Shown here one piece after another: positions 29,255 to 39,223 of a DNA stretch of 64,000 bases. Numbering within the stretch: the stretch's first letter is position 1; each line of letters begins with the position of its first letter. The notes under the pieces were generated by a model. That model was not told the origin of the DNA and did not search any database. It saw only the letters and a list, made by a program, of their open reading frames with translations. The DNA comes from an uncultured Acidobacteriaceae bacterium. Its GTDB lineage: Bacteria > Acidobacteriota > Terriglobia > Bryobacterales > Bryobacteraceae. The DNA lies in contig CAWBDJ010000001.1 in assembly GCA_963787615.1 (NCBI GenBank), forward strand, positions 543,517 to 607,516, given 5' to 3'. A program made the translations under genes and the position numbers.

Positions 29255-31219
29255 ATGCCCGCCTTCTTTGGGTTCTTTTTATTCCTTTTCGTGTGCGCCA
29301 CTTGCGCCGTCGCCCAGGGAAACCCTCCACCCTCACAGATCCAACCCCCCGCTCCGGCGAATGCAACCGCTCCGCCGCTCAAAACCACAGTCAGTGTGAC
29401 CGCGACCTTGGCAAGCGAATCGCCCGCCTTCATCACCGTCCTCACCGACCAGCAGCTTCAACAAATTCCCGGCGTTAACCTGGACGACCGTCTGCGTCAG
29501 GTTGCCGGCTTCAGCCTCTTTCGTCGCTCTTCAAGCCTTGTCGCCAATCCCACCACGCAAGGTGTCTCGCTGCGTGGCACGGGCTCGTCCGGCGCAAGCC
29601 GCACGCTCGTGCTCTGGGACAGCATTCCGATCAATGATCCGTTCGGCGGCTGGGTTTATTGGGACCGCGTCGATCCAAACTTCATCAGCGATGTCGAAAT
29701 CAATCGCGGCGCCTCGACCAGCATCTTCGGAGACCGCGCCATGGGCGGCACCATCGCGCTCTTCTCTCCTCCGGAACAGCGCGAACATCTGTTCGCCGAC
29801 TATCTGGCCGGCAACGAAGGCACGCAAGATGTCTCAGCCGGCTATTCGAATCTCTGGGGTGCTTGGGGGTTGAGCCTTCACTCACGCGCCTTCACGACAG
29901 ACGGCTACTACATCACCCCTCAGCCCGTGCGCGGTGCTGTCGATGACAAAGCCAACGTTCGATTCGCCACGGGCGATCTCCATCTCGACTACCTCGGCGC
30001 GGCAGATCGTCTCTCGCTTCACTTGGACGCCCTCGCCGAAGAGCGGCACAACGGCACCGAGCTGACGCATAACTCAACTGGGCTTGGCACCATCGGCGGA
30101 AATTACACCCACTCTTGGACAAACGACCAAATCTCGTTTCTTGGCTTCCACACCCAAGAGCAATTCCACAGCACTTTTTCAAGCGTATCTGCCAATCGAA
30201 ACTCCGAAACGCTAACCTCCCGCCAGACAGTTCCCGAGGAAGACATCGGCGGCGCAGCTTATTGGCAGCATCACCGCGATGCTCACTCGTTCAAGTGGAA
30301 CACCATTTTCGGCGCGGACGTCGACGATATTCACGGCACCAGCTACGATTATTCGTACAGCACCCGCGTGCTGACGCCCAGCGGCGGTACGCTCCTCGAA
30401 CATGGCGCCTTCGCCCAAGGAGATTTGAATATCGGCCCAGTACGTTTTTTCGCGGGCATTCGTCACCAGTTCACGGGCGAGCACGGCGAGACTTTTGTCA
30501 GCCCTAACGGCGGGGTGGCCGTCGGCCTCAAGAACTTCCGCTTTCGCGCATCCGGGTACCGCAGCTTTCGCGCCCCCACGCTGAATGAGCTCTACCGCCA
30601 GTTTCGTGTAGGCAATGTTCTTACGCTCGCGAACCCGGCCTTAGTTCCCGAAAGCCTGATCGGAGTCGAGACGGGTGTCGATTGGAACGGTGAAGCCAGC
30701 CGCGTTTCGCTGACCATATTCCACAACGATCTCGAAAACCTGATCGATAATGCCACCGTTTCCACCTCGCCCACGCTGATCCTGCGCCGACGCGAAAATT
30801 TCCCGACCGCATTCTCCCGCGGCATTGAGGTGAACGCGATGCGCCGCTGGCGTCGCTGGACCGCTGAAGCCGGATACCTCTACGCTGATGCGCGCCTTGC
30901 GACCGGCCAGCGCATACCCCAGATTCCGAAGCAGCAAGGCACCGCAGAGATTACCTACACCGCGAAGGCGACTCTCCTCTCCGCTGGTATCCGTGCCTTC
31001 GGCCTGCAATTCGACGACGATCTAAACCAATTCAAACTGCCCGGCTACGCCGCCCTCCAGTTCACGGCCGAGCAGCACCTCACCAAGAGCCTGTCCGCCG
31101 TAGCCGCCATCGAAAACTTACTTGATCGCACTTTCCTCGTCGCTCTCACGCCCTCGCCCAATACCGGCGAACCGCGGCTCTGGCGCGTCGGCCTCCGCTG
31201 GAACGGCCCGATTCGCTGA
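29255..31219 (+). CDS. TonB-dependent receptor
   Basis: Signal peptide, then a plug (IPGVNLDDRLRQVAGFSLFRRSSSLVANPTTQGVSLRG...TLVLWDSIPINDPFGG) and a 22-strand-size barrel with RAPTLNELY. Confidence 0.8.
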   Translation: MPAFFGFFLFLFVCATCAVAQGNPPPSQIQPPAPANATAPPLKTTVSVTATLASESPAFITVLTDQQLQQIPGVNLDDRLRQVAGFSLFRRSSSLVANPTTQGVSLRGTGSSGASRTLVLWDSIPINDPFGGWVYWDRVDPNFISDVEINRGASTSIFGDRAMGGTIALFSPPEQREHLFADYLAGNEGTQDVSAGYSNLWGAWGLSLHSRAFTTDGYYITPQPVRGAVDDKANVRFATGDLHLDYLGAADRLSLHLDALAEERHNGTELTHNSTGLGTIGGNYTHSWTNDQISFLGFHTQEQFHSTFSSVSANRNSETLTSRQTVPEEDIGGAAYWQHHRDAHSFKWNTIFGADVDDIHGTSYDYSYSTRVLTPSGGTLLEHGAFAQGDLNIGPVRFFAGIRHQFTGEHGETFVSPNGGVAVGLKNFRFRASGYRSFRAPTLNELYRQFRVGNVLTLANPALVPESLIGVETGVDWNGEASRVSLTIFHNDLENLIDNATVSTSPTLILRRRENFPTAFSRGIEVNAMRRWRRWTAEAGYLYADARLATGQRIPQIPKQQGTAEITYTAKATLLSAGIRAFGLQFDDDLNQFKLPGYAALQFTAEQHLTKSLSAVAAIENLLDRTFLVALTPSPNTGEPRLWRVGLRWNGPIR

Positions 31220-31319
31220 CTCATCGCCTCGCCTCAATCGACCAATTTTTCAGTTAAGTCGCGTCTATTTTCATGCATGCGCTCCTGTCTTAGGGTCCGT
31301 CTGCAGTAAGGAGTATTTT

Positions 31320-32150
31320 ATGGACGCCATCCCCCTCCCTTTCTACGAAGTCGTGCCGCTGGATGACATCGCTCCCGGCGTGAAAGGCTTGCGCATTCTC
31401 TTCGTCAATGTGTTCGCACTCGCAACTCCTGGCGGCGGCTGGACGCTGGTAGACACCGGCCTCTATCTCTCCGCAGGAAAGATCAAGCATTGGGCTGAGA
31501 CCCACTTCGGAAAAGGCACCAAGCCTGAAGCCATCATCCTCACGCATGGCCACTTTGACCACGTCGGCGCGGTCAAGGATCTGCTCACGGATTGGAACGT
31601 GCCCGTGTACGCGCATCCTGACGAGTTTCCGTACCTGACCGGCCATGCGAAATACCCGCCGCCGGATGCGAGCGTCGGAGGTGGCCTGATGGCCGTTATG
31701 TCGCCACTCTATCCGCGTACTTCTGCGGACCTCAGCGGACGCGTTCAGTCGCTTCCGGCGGACGGCTCCGTTCCGACTTTGCCGAACTGGCGTTATCTCC
31801 ACACGCCGGGCCATGCGCCCGGGCACATCTCCCTGTTTCGCACCGAGGACAAGGTTCTCCTCCCGGGTGACGCGTTCTGTACGACAAAGCAGGAATCGTT
31901 TCTTGCCGTCGCTAAGCAGAAGCCGGAGTTGCACGGTCCTCCCGCTTACTACACGCCCGACTGGGACGCCGCGCGCGCTTCCGTTCTGGAGTTGGCGAAG
32001 CTGTGCCCCCGAACGATTGCGCCCGGCCATGGCCTCGCCATGTGCGGCGACGAAGTGCCGGATCAGCTGCAACGCCTCGCCCTGAATTTCGACCACTTTG
32101 CCGTGCCCGATCACGGGAAATACGTTCACAAGGCCGCCGCGGCCGAATAA
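31320..32150 (+). CDS. MBL-fold metallo-hydrolase
   Basis: THGHFDHVG motif and a downstream HTPGHAPGH. AAGGAG lies 7 nt before the ATG at 31320. The longer ORF from 31122 overlaps the receptor gene and looks non-coding. Confidence 0.8.
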   Translation: MDAIPLPFYEVVPLDDIAPGVKGLRILFVNVFALATPGGGWTLVDTGLYLSAGKIKHWAETHFGKGTKPEAIILTHGHFDHVGAVKDLLTDWNVPVYAHPDEFPYLTGHAKYPPPDASVGGGLMAVMSPLYPRTSADLSGRVQSLPADGSVPTLPNWRYLHTPGHAPGHISLFRTEDKVLLPGDAFCTTKQESFLAVAKQKPELHGPPAYYTPDWDAARASVLELAKLCPRTIAPGHGLAMCGDEVPDQLQRLALNFDHFAVPDHGKYVHKAAAAE

Positions 32151-32154
32151 CGTG

Positions 32155-33189
32155 CTAGCGCTTCCTGTGAAGCGCAGCGATGATCGTGTCCACCTGCCCG
32201 CTTTCTGCGAGCTTTGTGAGGCGTGCCTCATCAATGCCTGCGATTCGCCCCAGAATAATTTTTCCCGGCCAGGAGTGCTGAGTCTTCCAGCGAGCAATTT
32301 CGATGAGCCGATCTAGCGCCCGCTCCTTCAGTTCGTTTAACAGCTTGGGTTCCCTTGTCTTCGTGAGAAACAACAGCACAGAACTTGCCTTGTTCACATC
32401 GGTCCATTTACCCGAACAGAGCAAGTCAATGAACGGGTCCGCCGGAATCTCCTTCGCAATTTGCTCACTCGAATCGGCCAGCACTAGCAACGCTCGAATT
32501 GCGTTGTTCCGCACGGTAACGTTGCTGTCGCGAGTCGCTCTCAAGAGTGCGTCAATCTGACTCCTCGACTGTCGTTCGAATCCAAGCATCTCTGCGGCGA
32601 TGACACGCTGCTGGTCTTTTGCCGCGGAAGCGAGGACATGTTCAATGAGTGGCCCATGCGCAACTGCGTACGCTCGCATTGCAAGCTCGGCCGCGCGCAA
32701 GTTTGCGTCCTTCTTTGCTAAAGCATAGCCTCGGGAATGGTCTTCTTCGGTGTCTCCTTTTCGAACGGCCACTTCTAAAGCGGTCGTGAATTTCTCGTAC
32801 AGAGCGGTCGCCTCTGGTGGGAGCTGTGCCGGGCTGCTGGGCTTAGGACTATAGGCAATGTGCTTGCCTCCCACTCCGATGAAAACAATCCAATTTCCGC
32901 GCTCATCGCAACAGACTGGGGCCACATCGGAGGGAGAACGACCGACCCTCTGTTGTACCGTGCGTGCCGCACCATCCAACAATGCGGCACCCTGCTCCGG
33001 TTTCTCCGGAAAAAGATCTCCTTCTCTAACCGGCAGCGCACTTCTCAGCTTCTTCAGATCAACGCTGCCGTAGCCGAAGAACTCAATTTCACCGATACGC
33101 TTCTGTGTTGATGGGGCTGCAATCAGCGCGCGAATTGAGATTGCCGCAACTAAAATCGAACCTCGAATTCGCGCATCGCAAATGTGCAA
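32155..33189 (-). CDS. hypothetical protein with HEAT/ARM-like repeats
   Basis: 344-aa ORF with a helical-repeat C-terminal half (RDSNVTVRNNAIRALLVLADS). No catalytic motif recognised. Confidence 0.45.
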   Translation of the reverse strand: MHICDARIRGSILVAAISIRALIAAPSTQKRIGEIEFFGYGSVDLKKLRSALPVREGDLFPEKPEQGAALLDGAARTVQQRVGRSPSDVAPVCCDERGNWIVFIGVGGKHIAYSPKPSSPAQLPPEATALYEKFTTALEVAVRKGDTEEDHSRGYALAKKDANLRAAELAMRAYAVAHGPLIEHVLASAAKDQQRVIAAEMLGFERQSRSQIDALLRATRDSNVTVRNNAIRALLVLADSSEQIAKEIPADPFIDLLCSGKWTDVNKASSVLLFLTKTREPKLLNELKERALDRLIEIARWKTQHSWPGKIILGRIAGIDEARLTKLAESGQVDTIIAALHRKR

Positions 33190-33194
33190 TCGCT

Positions 33195-33713
33195 TTAATC
33201 CCGCACTACTTCATAGGTCAACAGAACCAAACCGCTCGAGAACTCCTTGCATGCCGTCAGCCGCAATTGCGTTTGCGGAAAACCACTATAGAACAGCGGC
33301 CGCCCTTCTCCTAGCAGCAGAGGCTGCACAGCCAACCTGATTTCATCTACTAGGCGCTGCTGCAGAAAAGAATGCACCAGTTCGCCACCGCCCACCAGCC
33401 ATATGTCTTTCCCGTTTTCCGCGCGCAGGCTTTGAACGAAGCTCGTCACCTCGCCCGAAACAAATTCGACCCCGCCCTCGCCTTTTCCCGATTTCGTTCG
33501 GGAAAACACGTAATTCTTCATGCCGGTAAACGATGGCGACCCGAACTTCACCATCAAATCGTGCGTCTTGCGTCCGATCAGTGCGACATCCACCGATTGG
33601 AAAAAGTCTGCAATGCCGTAATCCTGGTCGTGCAATATCCAATCGAAGGCGTCATCCGGCCGCGCGATGTAATTGTCGAGACTGTTCGCTATCGAGAGTT
33701 TAATTTTGCGCAT
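33195..33713 (-). CDS. dihydrofolate reductase family protein (RibD C-terminal domain)
   Basis: MRKIKLSIANSLDNYIA...IGRKTHD...DIWLVGGGELVHSFLQQRLVDEIRLAVQPLLLGEG, typical of the RibD_C/YwjB family. Confidence 0.75.
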   Translation of the reverse strand: MRKIKLSIANSLDNYIARPDDAFDWILHDQDYGIADFFQSVDVALIGRKTHDLMVKFGSPSFTGMKNYVFSRTKSGKGEGGVEFVSGEVTSFVQSLRAENGKDIWLVGGGELVHSFLQQRLVDEIRLAVQPLLLGEGRPLFYSGFPQTQLRLTACKEFSSGLVLLTYEVVRD

Positions 33714-33720
33714 ACAGTTC

Positions 33721-35136
33721 CTACTTCCCGACCTCAATGTGCAATCGTATGCTCGCAGCCCAAACCGGGCCGCGATCCTGGTTGTAAGCCGGATTCGCAA
33801 TTCGTTGCAGATCGAATGACGTGAAAAAACCCGGAATTACGCGCGCACTGTAGTAGCTCTCCCACACGTACTCCGGTCCGTAGTTTAACCGCCCATCTCC
33901 GATGATGAAATCCAGCCCGCCGGCTGCGAGGTATTCGGCATGTACCGCAGAGAGCCCTCCGACGGTCAGCGCCGTCGCTGCGGTATCGAAGTGGCGGTGC
34001 CAACGCGTGCCGGTGACCGACACACCGCCTTCCGCCAAGCGGTCCATCGCGGTGAATACAAATGACTCTGTCTTTCCGTCGTTCCATCCCAGCCTCGCGA
34101 AAACGCCGAGATCCGAAGTAATCTCCTGTTCCGCATTTACGCCCACTCCATACTTCAGCCGGCCAATTTGCCGCGTTGCGGTCACATCCGGTCGCGTGCC
34201 CGTTTGTTGCGCCAGGTTCAGAGCCTCTCGATAGCTCCCCGAGTCGGTGTGCAACAGCGACTCGAGCACACGAACAACTCCCACATGCTGCCCGATGGTA
34301 TAGCGCCGCTCCTGCTCGAACATATCTCCTCGATCGCGAAAAATCCGGCGGTCGAAGCGTAACCCATTCGCCACCTTCGGCTCGAGCGCGCTCGCATACC
34401 GCAAAGACCAGTGCGCAGTGTGTAGCTCGTGATACCAGCCCCACGTGTATCCGCGCGTGTCTGCCGGATAATCCCACGCTCCGTTGTACATGATGGCCCA
34501 TCCCATGAACTGCGTCCGTGGATCGTGACTGTAACGGTTATTGTCGAGGAAATCTGTGACCGTGAAGCGCCCCACTACAACTGTGTAGCGGTTCACAGGG
34601 CGGCTGCCTGAAAGCTGGTTCTCTTCGCTGCCGAACGACTCGCGCTCCGATCCCCATCCGAAGTCATGCTGAATGTAGGCCCGCGCCAAATAGGGCTTCG
34701 GCGTTGCGCCGGATACGCGCGGCAGTTCCCCATTCGTAAAATTCGCGATACCTGTCACATTGCTGAAACCACGGCCGCCCGCCAGTTCCGGATTCACATA
34801 AATCACCGTGTTCTCGTCCAGCCGCAATCCGAGGAACAACGTGCTCGTGACGGACACGCTGCGCTCGCTGACATCCTGCAAACTGTTCGGCCCCTGATAC
34901 GGAGAGTGAAACGTGCCGTGATATTGCCCAATCGAAGTTGCCTGCCAGAAGATGTTCCAGCGCTGCGATAGTTCGCGCTGTTGTGGGCTCTTATTCTCCT
35001 CCTGCCGAGGCACTTTCCCGCCTTCAGGCGGAGGATTTTCCGGCGGCTTCTGCGCCTGATCTTGAGTCTGATCTGGCGTCTGCTGCGCAGAGCACACCAG
35101 CGCGAGGCTCAGGACTAGCGCGCCAACGAAGACCAT
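33721..35136 (-). CDS. carbohydrate-selective porin, OprB family
   Basis: Signal peptide and a Pro/Gln-rich linker, then RWNIFWQATSIGQYHGTFHSPYQGPNSL, which I recognise as the OprB-family N-terminal motif. Beta-barrel composition. Confidence 0.65.
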   Translation of the reverse strand: MVFVGALVLSLALVCSAQQTPDQTQDQAQKPPENPPPEGGKVPRQEENKSPQQRELSQRWNIFWQATSIGQYHGTFHSPYQGPNSLQDVSERSVSVTSTLFLGLRLDENTVIYVNPELAGGRGFSNVTGIANFTNGELPRVSGATPKPYLARAYIQHDFGWGSERESFGSEENQLSGSRPVNRYTVVVGRFTVTDFLDNNRYSHDPRTQFMGWAIMYNGAWDYPADTRGYTWGWYHELHTAHWSLRYASALEPKVANGLRFDRRIFRDRGDMFEQERRYTIGQHVGVVRVLESLLHTDSGSYREALNLAQQTGTRPDVTATRQIGRLKYGVGVNAEQEITSDLGVFARLGWNDGKTESFVFTAMDRLAEGGVSVTGTRWHRHFDTAATALTVGGLSAVHAEYLAAGGLDFIIGDGRLNYGPEYVWESYYSARVIPGFFTSFDLQRIANPAYNQDRGPVWAASIRLHIEVGK

Positions 35137-35230
35137 CTAGTCATCGTGGCACGCACTTGCAACAATTCAATGACCATCGAGGCCGCGCTGTACGCGGAGA
35201 AAACTCCCGTGAAGCGTTACAGTCGATGGG

Positions 35231-35620
35231 ATGGAGCCAAAACGATTGAGTGTTCAGGAAAAAGATCCGCGCGTTTACTTTGCGGCTGAACGTACCTTTC
35301 TGGCTTGGATCCGCACGGGACTTGCTCTGATGGGCTTCGGATTCGTCGTTGCTCGTTTTGGCCTCTTTCTTCGCGAGCTTAGAGTCACTACTGCCCCTGC
35401 CAATGAATCGCCCGGAGTCTCACTCTGGGCTGGAACTGCGCTTGTGCTCGTCGGCGTCATCATCGATGTCGTATCGAGTTTCCGATACACGCACATCATT
35501 CGCGATCTGAACAGCGGTCGTGATCCTACGGGTCAGCCCTCCTCACTCGCCATCGCCTTGGCCATCACGCTCGCACTTATCGGAATCGGCATTTCGGCCT
35601 ACCTGATGGTGATGCGATGA
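35231..35620 (+). CDS. DUF202 (YidH-like) membrane protein
   Basis: DPRVYFAAERTFLAWIRTGLALMGFGFVV motif and three TM segments. Confidence 0.75.
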   Translation: MEPKRLSVQEKDPRVYFAAERTFLAWIRTGLALMGFGFVVARFGLFLRELRVTTAPANESPGVSLWAGTALVLVGVIIDVVSSFRYTHIIRDLNSGRDPTGQPSSLAIALAITLALIGIGISAYLMVMR

Positions 35621-35661
35621 ACGAATTTACCGGGCAGGGCCGCTAACCCGCGCGTTCACAA

Positions 35662-36966
35662 ATGACCGCTCTGCGCGATCACGATTCCTGCGCTCCCGAA
35701 CCGCTTCCGCGTCGCCGCTGGCTCATTGCAGCTCTGCTCGGCTTTGGTGTACTCATCAACTATTTCGATCGTGTCAATCTATCCGTCGCTAAAGATGCAT
35801 TGCACAACGAATTCGGATTATCAACCGTCGCCTGGGGATATGTCCTCAGCGCCTACAACTGGACATACGCCGCACTGCAACTCCCCACGGGGGTCTTGCT
35901 CGACCGCTTCGGCGTTCAGGCCGTCGGCAGGGTCAGCGCTCTGCTGTGGAGCGTGGCCACTTTCGGTGCAGCGCTCGCTCCTGGAATCAAAAGTTTTTTC
36001 TCCTCGCGCCTTTTACTCGGCGTCGGAGAAGCGCCCACCTTCCCCGCCTATGCAAAGGCGACGGGCAACTGGTTCCCGCGCCAGGAGCGGAGCCTCGCCA
36101 CCGCAATTTTCGATTCGGCCGCTAAATTTGCAACAGGAATCGGAACACCCATAATCGGATTACTACTCATCCGCTTCGGCTGGCGAGTTGCTTTCGAAAT
36201 CACCGGCATCGCGAGCCTCGTTTTCTTCTTCGTTTTTTATCTCGTCTATCGCGACCCAAAGGATGACAAGCACCTCTCCGATGTCCAGCGCGCCTGTTTG
36301 AAAAATGCCGGCGCGGTCCCTGCACCATCCTCGACGAAAAACGCCGCGAGCTTAGGTTATCTGCTCCAGCAGCGGAAAGTGTTAGGCCTCGCGCTCGGAT
36401 TTGCTGCCTATAACTACTGTTTCTATCTGCTCTTGACGTGGCTTCCCAGTTACTTCACTGGTTCTCTTCATATCCAGTTGAGTCGATCGGTCCTGTTCAG
36501 TGCCGTTCCCTGGCTCTTCGCAACCGCGACCGATCTCATCGCAGGCGGTTGGCTGGTCGACGCTCTTGTTCGACGAAAATATAACGACAGCCTGGTACGC
36601 CAGACAGTTCTAGTGAGTGGAATGGTGCTGGGCCTCGCAATTTTGGGCGCCAATTTCACCCGCAATCCCGTCGTCGCGATGTGGTGGATCACGCTCTCCA
36701 TCGGTGGCCTCGCTGCATCCGCGCCCGTCGCCTGGTCCATACCTGCGCTCATCGCACCAACCGACAGCGTTGGGAAAGTCGGAGGCATCATGAACTTCGC
36801 CAACCAACTGGCCGCTCTCGCAGCGCCCATCGTTAGCGGCTATTTAATCGGTGCGTCCAACAACTATGCGCATGCTTTCCTTGCAGCGGCCGTAGCAATC
36901 TTCATCGGAATCGCGGGTTACGTGATCCTACTCGGCCCAATTGTGCCGATACCTGAACCGGATTGA
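35662..36966 (+). CDS. MFS transporter (ACS/anionic sugar-acid subfamily-like)
   Basis: 12 TM segments, with motifs FDRVNLSVA and LLDRFG...RLLLGVGEAPTFPA typical of the ACS family (hexuronate/galactonate-type). Confidence 0.8.
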   Translation: MTALRDHDSCAPEPLPRRRWLIAALLGFGVLINYFDRVNLSVAKDALHNEFGLSTVAWGYVLSAYNWTYAALQLPTGVLLDRFGVQAVGRVSALLWSVATFGAALAPGIKSFFSSRLLLGVGEAPTFPAYAKATGNWFPRQERSLATAIFDSAAKFATGIGTPIIGLLLIRFGWRVAFEITGIASLVFFFVFYLVYRDPKDDKHLSDVQRACLKNAGAVPAPSSTKNAASLGYLLQQRKVLGLALGFAAYNYCFYLLLTWLPSYFTGSLHIQLSRSVLFSAVPWLFATATDLIAGGWLVDALVRRKYNDSLVRQTVLVSGMVLGLAILGANFTRNPVVAMWWITLSIGGLAASAPVAWSIPALIAPTDSVGKVGGIMNFANQLAALAAPIVSGYLIGASNNYAHAFLAAAVAIFIGIAGYVILLGPIVPIPEPD

Positions 36967-36995
36967 AGAACGGACTGCCTTTCGGGCCGGCCGCG

Positions 36996-38009
36996 CTACT
37001 GACCGGACGCTTGCGTGCCCGCCAGGCTCTTGTTTGCCTGCTGGAACGCATCCACGCCACCTTTATCGATGATGAATGCGCCGGTATCCACAAAGGTCGG
37101 CACAGGAGACGTAGGATTCTGCATCCAATTGTTGCTGAGAGGCGAGGGCGGGTGAAGGTGCAGATCGGCCAGCAGCTTTGTCCCGTAATACGCCATCGTG
37201 AACGGCTTCTGAGCAATCGTCGCCGAAATGACGCCCTTCTGAACCCAGTCGATCGTCCTCTGATCGGTATCCATCGCAACCACCGCCACCTTGCCGCCCA
37301 TATTTGCCCGGTTGACGACCTCGCCGACTTCGGGACAACTGATCGCTTCCAGGCAAACGAACGCATCCACCTTCGCTTTGCTCTCCAGCAGCTTTCGCGT
37401 GTTATCGAATACAACGGTCGGATCGCCCTTCATATCGACAATCTGAGTAATCTTGATGTCCGGATGCTCCGCGAAGGCATCTTCATATCCATGAAGCCGG
37501 TCTTTTAAGTTTGGTTGTGCCGGCAACGTGTAAACAACCACATTGCCCCTCCCGTTTATCAGCTTCGCTACCAATTTGCCGCCCAACGTTCCGGCATTGT
37601 AATTGTCGGTGCCGATAAAAAACAGTCTTTTACTATCAGGCGCGTCGGAGTCGATCGTGATCACAGGAATATTTCGCTGCAAAGCTGAATCGATATCGGG
37701 CGTCATGATGCTCGCATCCGCCGCCGAAATTAAAATGCCGGAAGGTTTTTGCCCAAGTGCGCTCTGAAATGCATCGTGCTCGGCTTTCGTGTCGTAGCCA
37801 TCGGGGCCGTCCATCTCGGCTTTCACCTTCATCTCGTTTGCCGCATGGATGAGCCCCGCCGACGCAGCTTGCCAATACGGGATCTTCGTGTTGGTTGTAA
37901 TAAGAATATATTTTTCCGTCGGGCTGTGCGCTGAACCGCTACACCCGGCCATAGAGAAAAACGCGGCTGGAAGTACCGCCGCAAGCAGTGCCCGCTGAAC
38001 TGTTCGCAT
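36996..38009 (-). CDS. sugar ABC transporter substrate-binding lipoprotein (RbsB/Peripla_BP_4-like)
   Basis: Lipobox FFSMAGC, then the type I periplasmic binding fold (ILITTNTKIPYWQ..., PVITIDSD..., FIGTDNYNAG). Confidence 0.75.
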   Translation of the reverse strand: MRTVQRALLAAVLPAAFFSMAGCSGSAHSPTEKYILITTNTKIPYWQAASAGLIHAANEMKVKAEMDGPDGYDTKAEHDAFQSALGQKPSGILISAADASIMTPDIDSALQRNIPVITIDSDAPDSKRLFFIGTDNYNAGTLGGKLVAKLINGRGNVVVYTLPAQPNLKDRLHGYEDAFAEHPDIKITQIVDMKGDPTVVFDNTRKLLESKAKVDAFVCLEAISCPEVGEVVNRANMGGKVAVVAMDTDQRTIDWVQKGVISATIAQKPFTMAYYGTKLLADLHLHPPSPLSNNWMQNPTSPVPTFVDTGAFIIDKGGVDAFQQANKSLAGTQASGQ

Positions 38010-38084
38010 TTCGTGTACCTAGCGCGGGAGTATATCACGCCTTTGCGCAACCACGACGCCACGCGATACGCAATAATCGCCTGA

Positions 38085-38759
38085 ATGACGACCGCCACGG
38101 TTTCGCCTTTCGAAGAGGGGCCTGTTCGCGGCTTTCTTCATCGCGAGCGGCACGCTAACGGGACGAATCTCGTGCTCACTCATGGCGCTGGCGGTAACTG
38201 TCGCGCACCGCTGCTGGTCACTGTCGCAACTGCGTTCTGTAGCGCCGGCTATTCAGTCTTGCGTTGCGATCTCCCCTTCCGGCAACGCCGATCTTTTGGG
38301 CCTCCCTCGCCCAACACGTCCTCTGAAGATCGCGCCGGTTTGAAAGCTGCAGTTGCTGTTATGCGCCGTTTGAACGCCGGTACGGTCTTTCTCGGTGGCC
38401 ATTCTTATGGTGGGCGCCAAGCTTCTATGCTCGCCGCCGATGAGCCCGAATGCTGTGATGGTTTACTGCTACTCTCCTATCCGCTCCATCCGCCCAACAA
38501 GGCGAATCAGTTGCGCACTGCCCATTTCCCAAATCTGCGAACGCCTTCTCTTTTTGTCCACGGCACAAAGGATCCCTTCGGATCGATTGATGAATTCGGC
38601 GCTGCCCTGCCATTGATCCCGGCACGCACGGAACTCATCAGCATCAGCGCGGCCGGTCATGATCTGGCGCGTGGCAAGTTTGATATCGAGAATCTCATCG
38701 TAAAGAAGTTCGACGAACTGATGCAGCGAACAGCGACCGGCCAGAACACGTCTTGCTAA
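38085..38759 (+). CDS. alpha/beta hydrolase (COG3571/dienelactone-hydrolase-like)
   Basis: LVLTHGAGGN..., nucleophile elbow GGHSYGG, C-terminal HGTKDPFG...GHDL. Confidence 0.7.
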   Translation: MTTATVSPFEEGPVRGFLHRERHANGTNLVLTHGAGGNCRAPLLVTVATAFCSAGYSVLRCDLPFRQRRSFGPPSPNTSSEDRAGLKAAVAVMRRLNAGTVFLGGHSYGGRQASMLAADEPECCDGLLLLSYPLHPPNKANQLRTAHFPNLRTPSLFVHGTKDPFGSIDEFGAALPLIPARTELISISAAGHDLARGKFDIENLIVKKFDELMQRTATGQNTSC

Positions 38760-38936
38760 CTGTCCCACGGGTCCTGACCCGCTTGAGTGTGCTCCTGCTT
38801 CTCCGGACTAACGCGCTTCATATTCGGATGGGCGCTGGATCTTGACGAGAGGCGGTCCGGCTGGAAAAATCGCGCCGGGCGAACACGAACTGAAAACGCT
38901 GTTTGATTGTTATACTCGGGTTGTTTTCTTGCCGTC

Positions 38937-39025
38937 GCTGGAGTGGCGGAACTGGCAGACGCACGGGACTCAAAATCCCGCGGAGTTCACTCTCCATGTG
39001 GGTTCGACCCCCACCTCCAGCACCA
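38937..39025 (+). tRNA. tRNA-Leu (anticodon CAA), class II with long variable arm, CCA encoded
   Basis: Acceptor GCTGGAG/CTCCAGC and anticodon stem CGGGA/TCCCG with loop CTCAAAA. Variable arm GGAGT..TCTCC, T arm GTGGG-TTCGACC-CCCAC, 3' ACCA. Confidence 0.9.
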
Positions 39026-39059
39026 TGCACCTTCACCCGCCGACGCTCCGTCCTTCCCT

Positions 39060-39223
39060 TCGGTACCGTTGTTCAGGACACCTTTCACAAACTCGCGACC
39101 CATATCGAGCCGGAGCGCCACTTCATCGCTGCTCTGGTTGACGAATGCAAGAAGCACGGCTATATTGGCTTCAAATTTGACTTTGAAAACCAAGGCGGCA
39201 CTACGCTCATTAGCTATGCTTGA
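39060..39223 (+). pseudogene. isolated fragment resembling the active-site region of a GH18-type glycosyl hydrolase
   Basis: The frame reads ...GTVVQDTFHKLATHIEPERHFIAALVDECKKHGYIGFKFDFENQGG.. then stops. The pattern R..FI...v....k.GydG...DfE recalls the GH18 DxxDxDxE strand. There is no start codon and the tRNA lies immediately upstream. Confidence 0.3.

Noticed and set aside
31122-31319. N-terminal 66 codons of the listed 342-aa MBL hydrolase ORF.
   Set aside because: They overlap the end of the receptor gene and are Ser/Arg/Pro-rich. A strong AAGGAG-ATG at 31320 begins the conserved sequence.
38903-38916. Promoter-like TTGATT / TATACT hexamers just upstream of the tRNA-Leu.
   Set aside because: The two hexamers are only 2 nt apart, so they cannot be a -35/-10 pair. 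TATACT alone (20 nt before the tRNA 5' end) is suggestive but not supportable without data.
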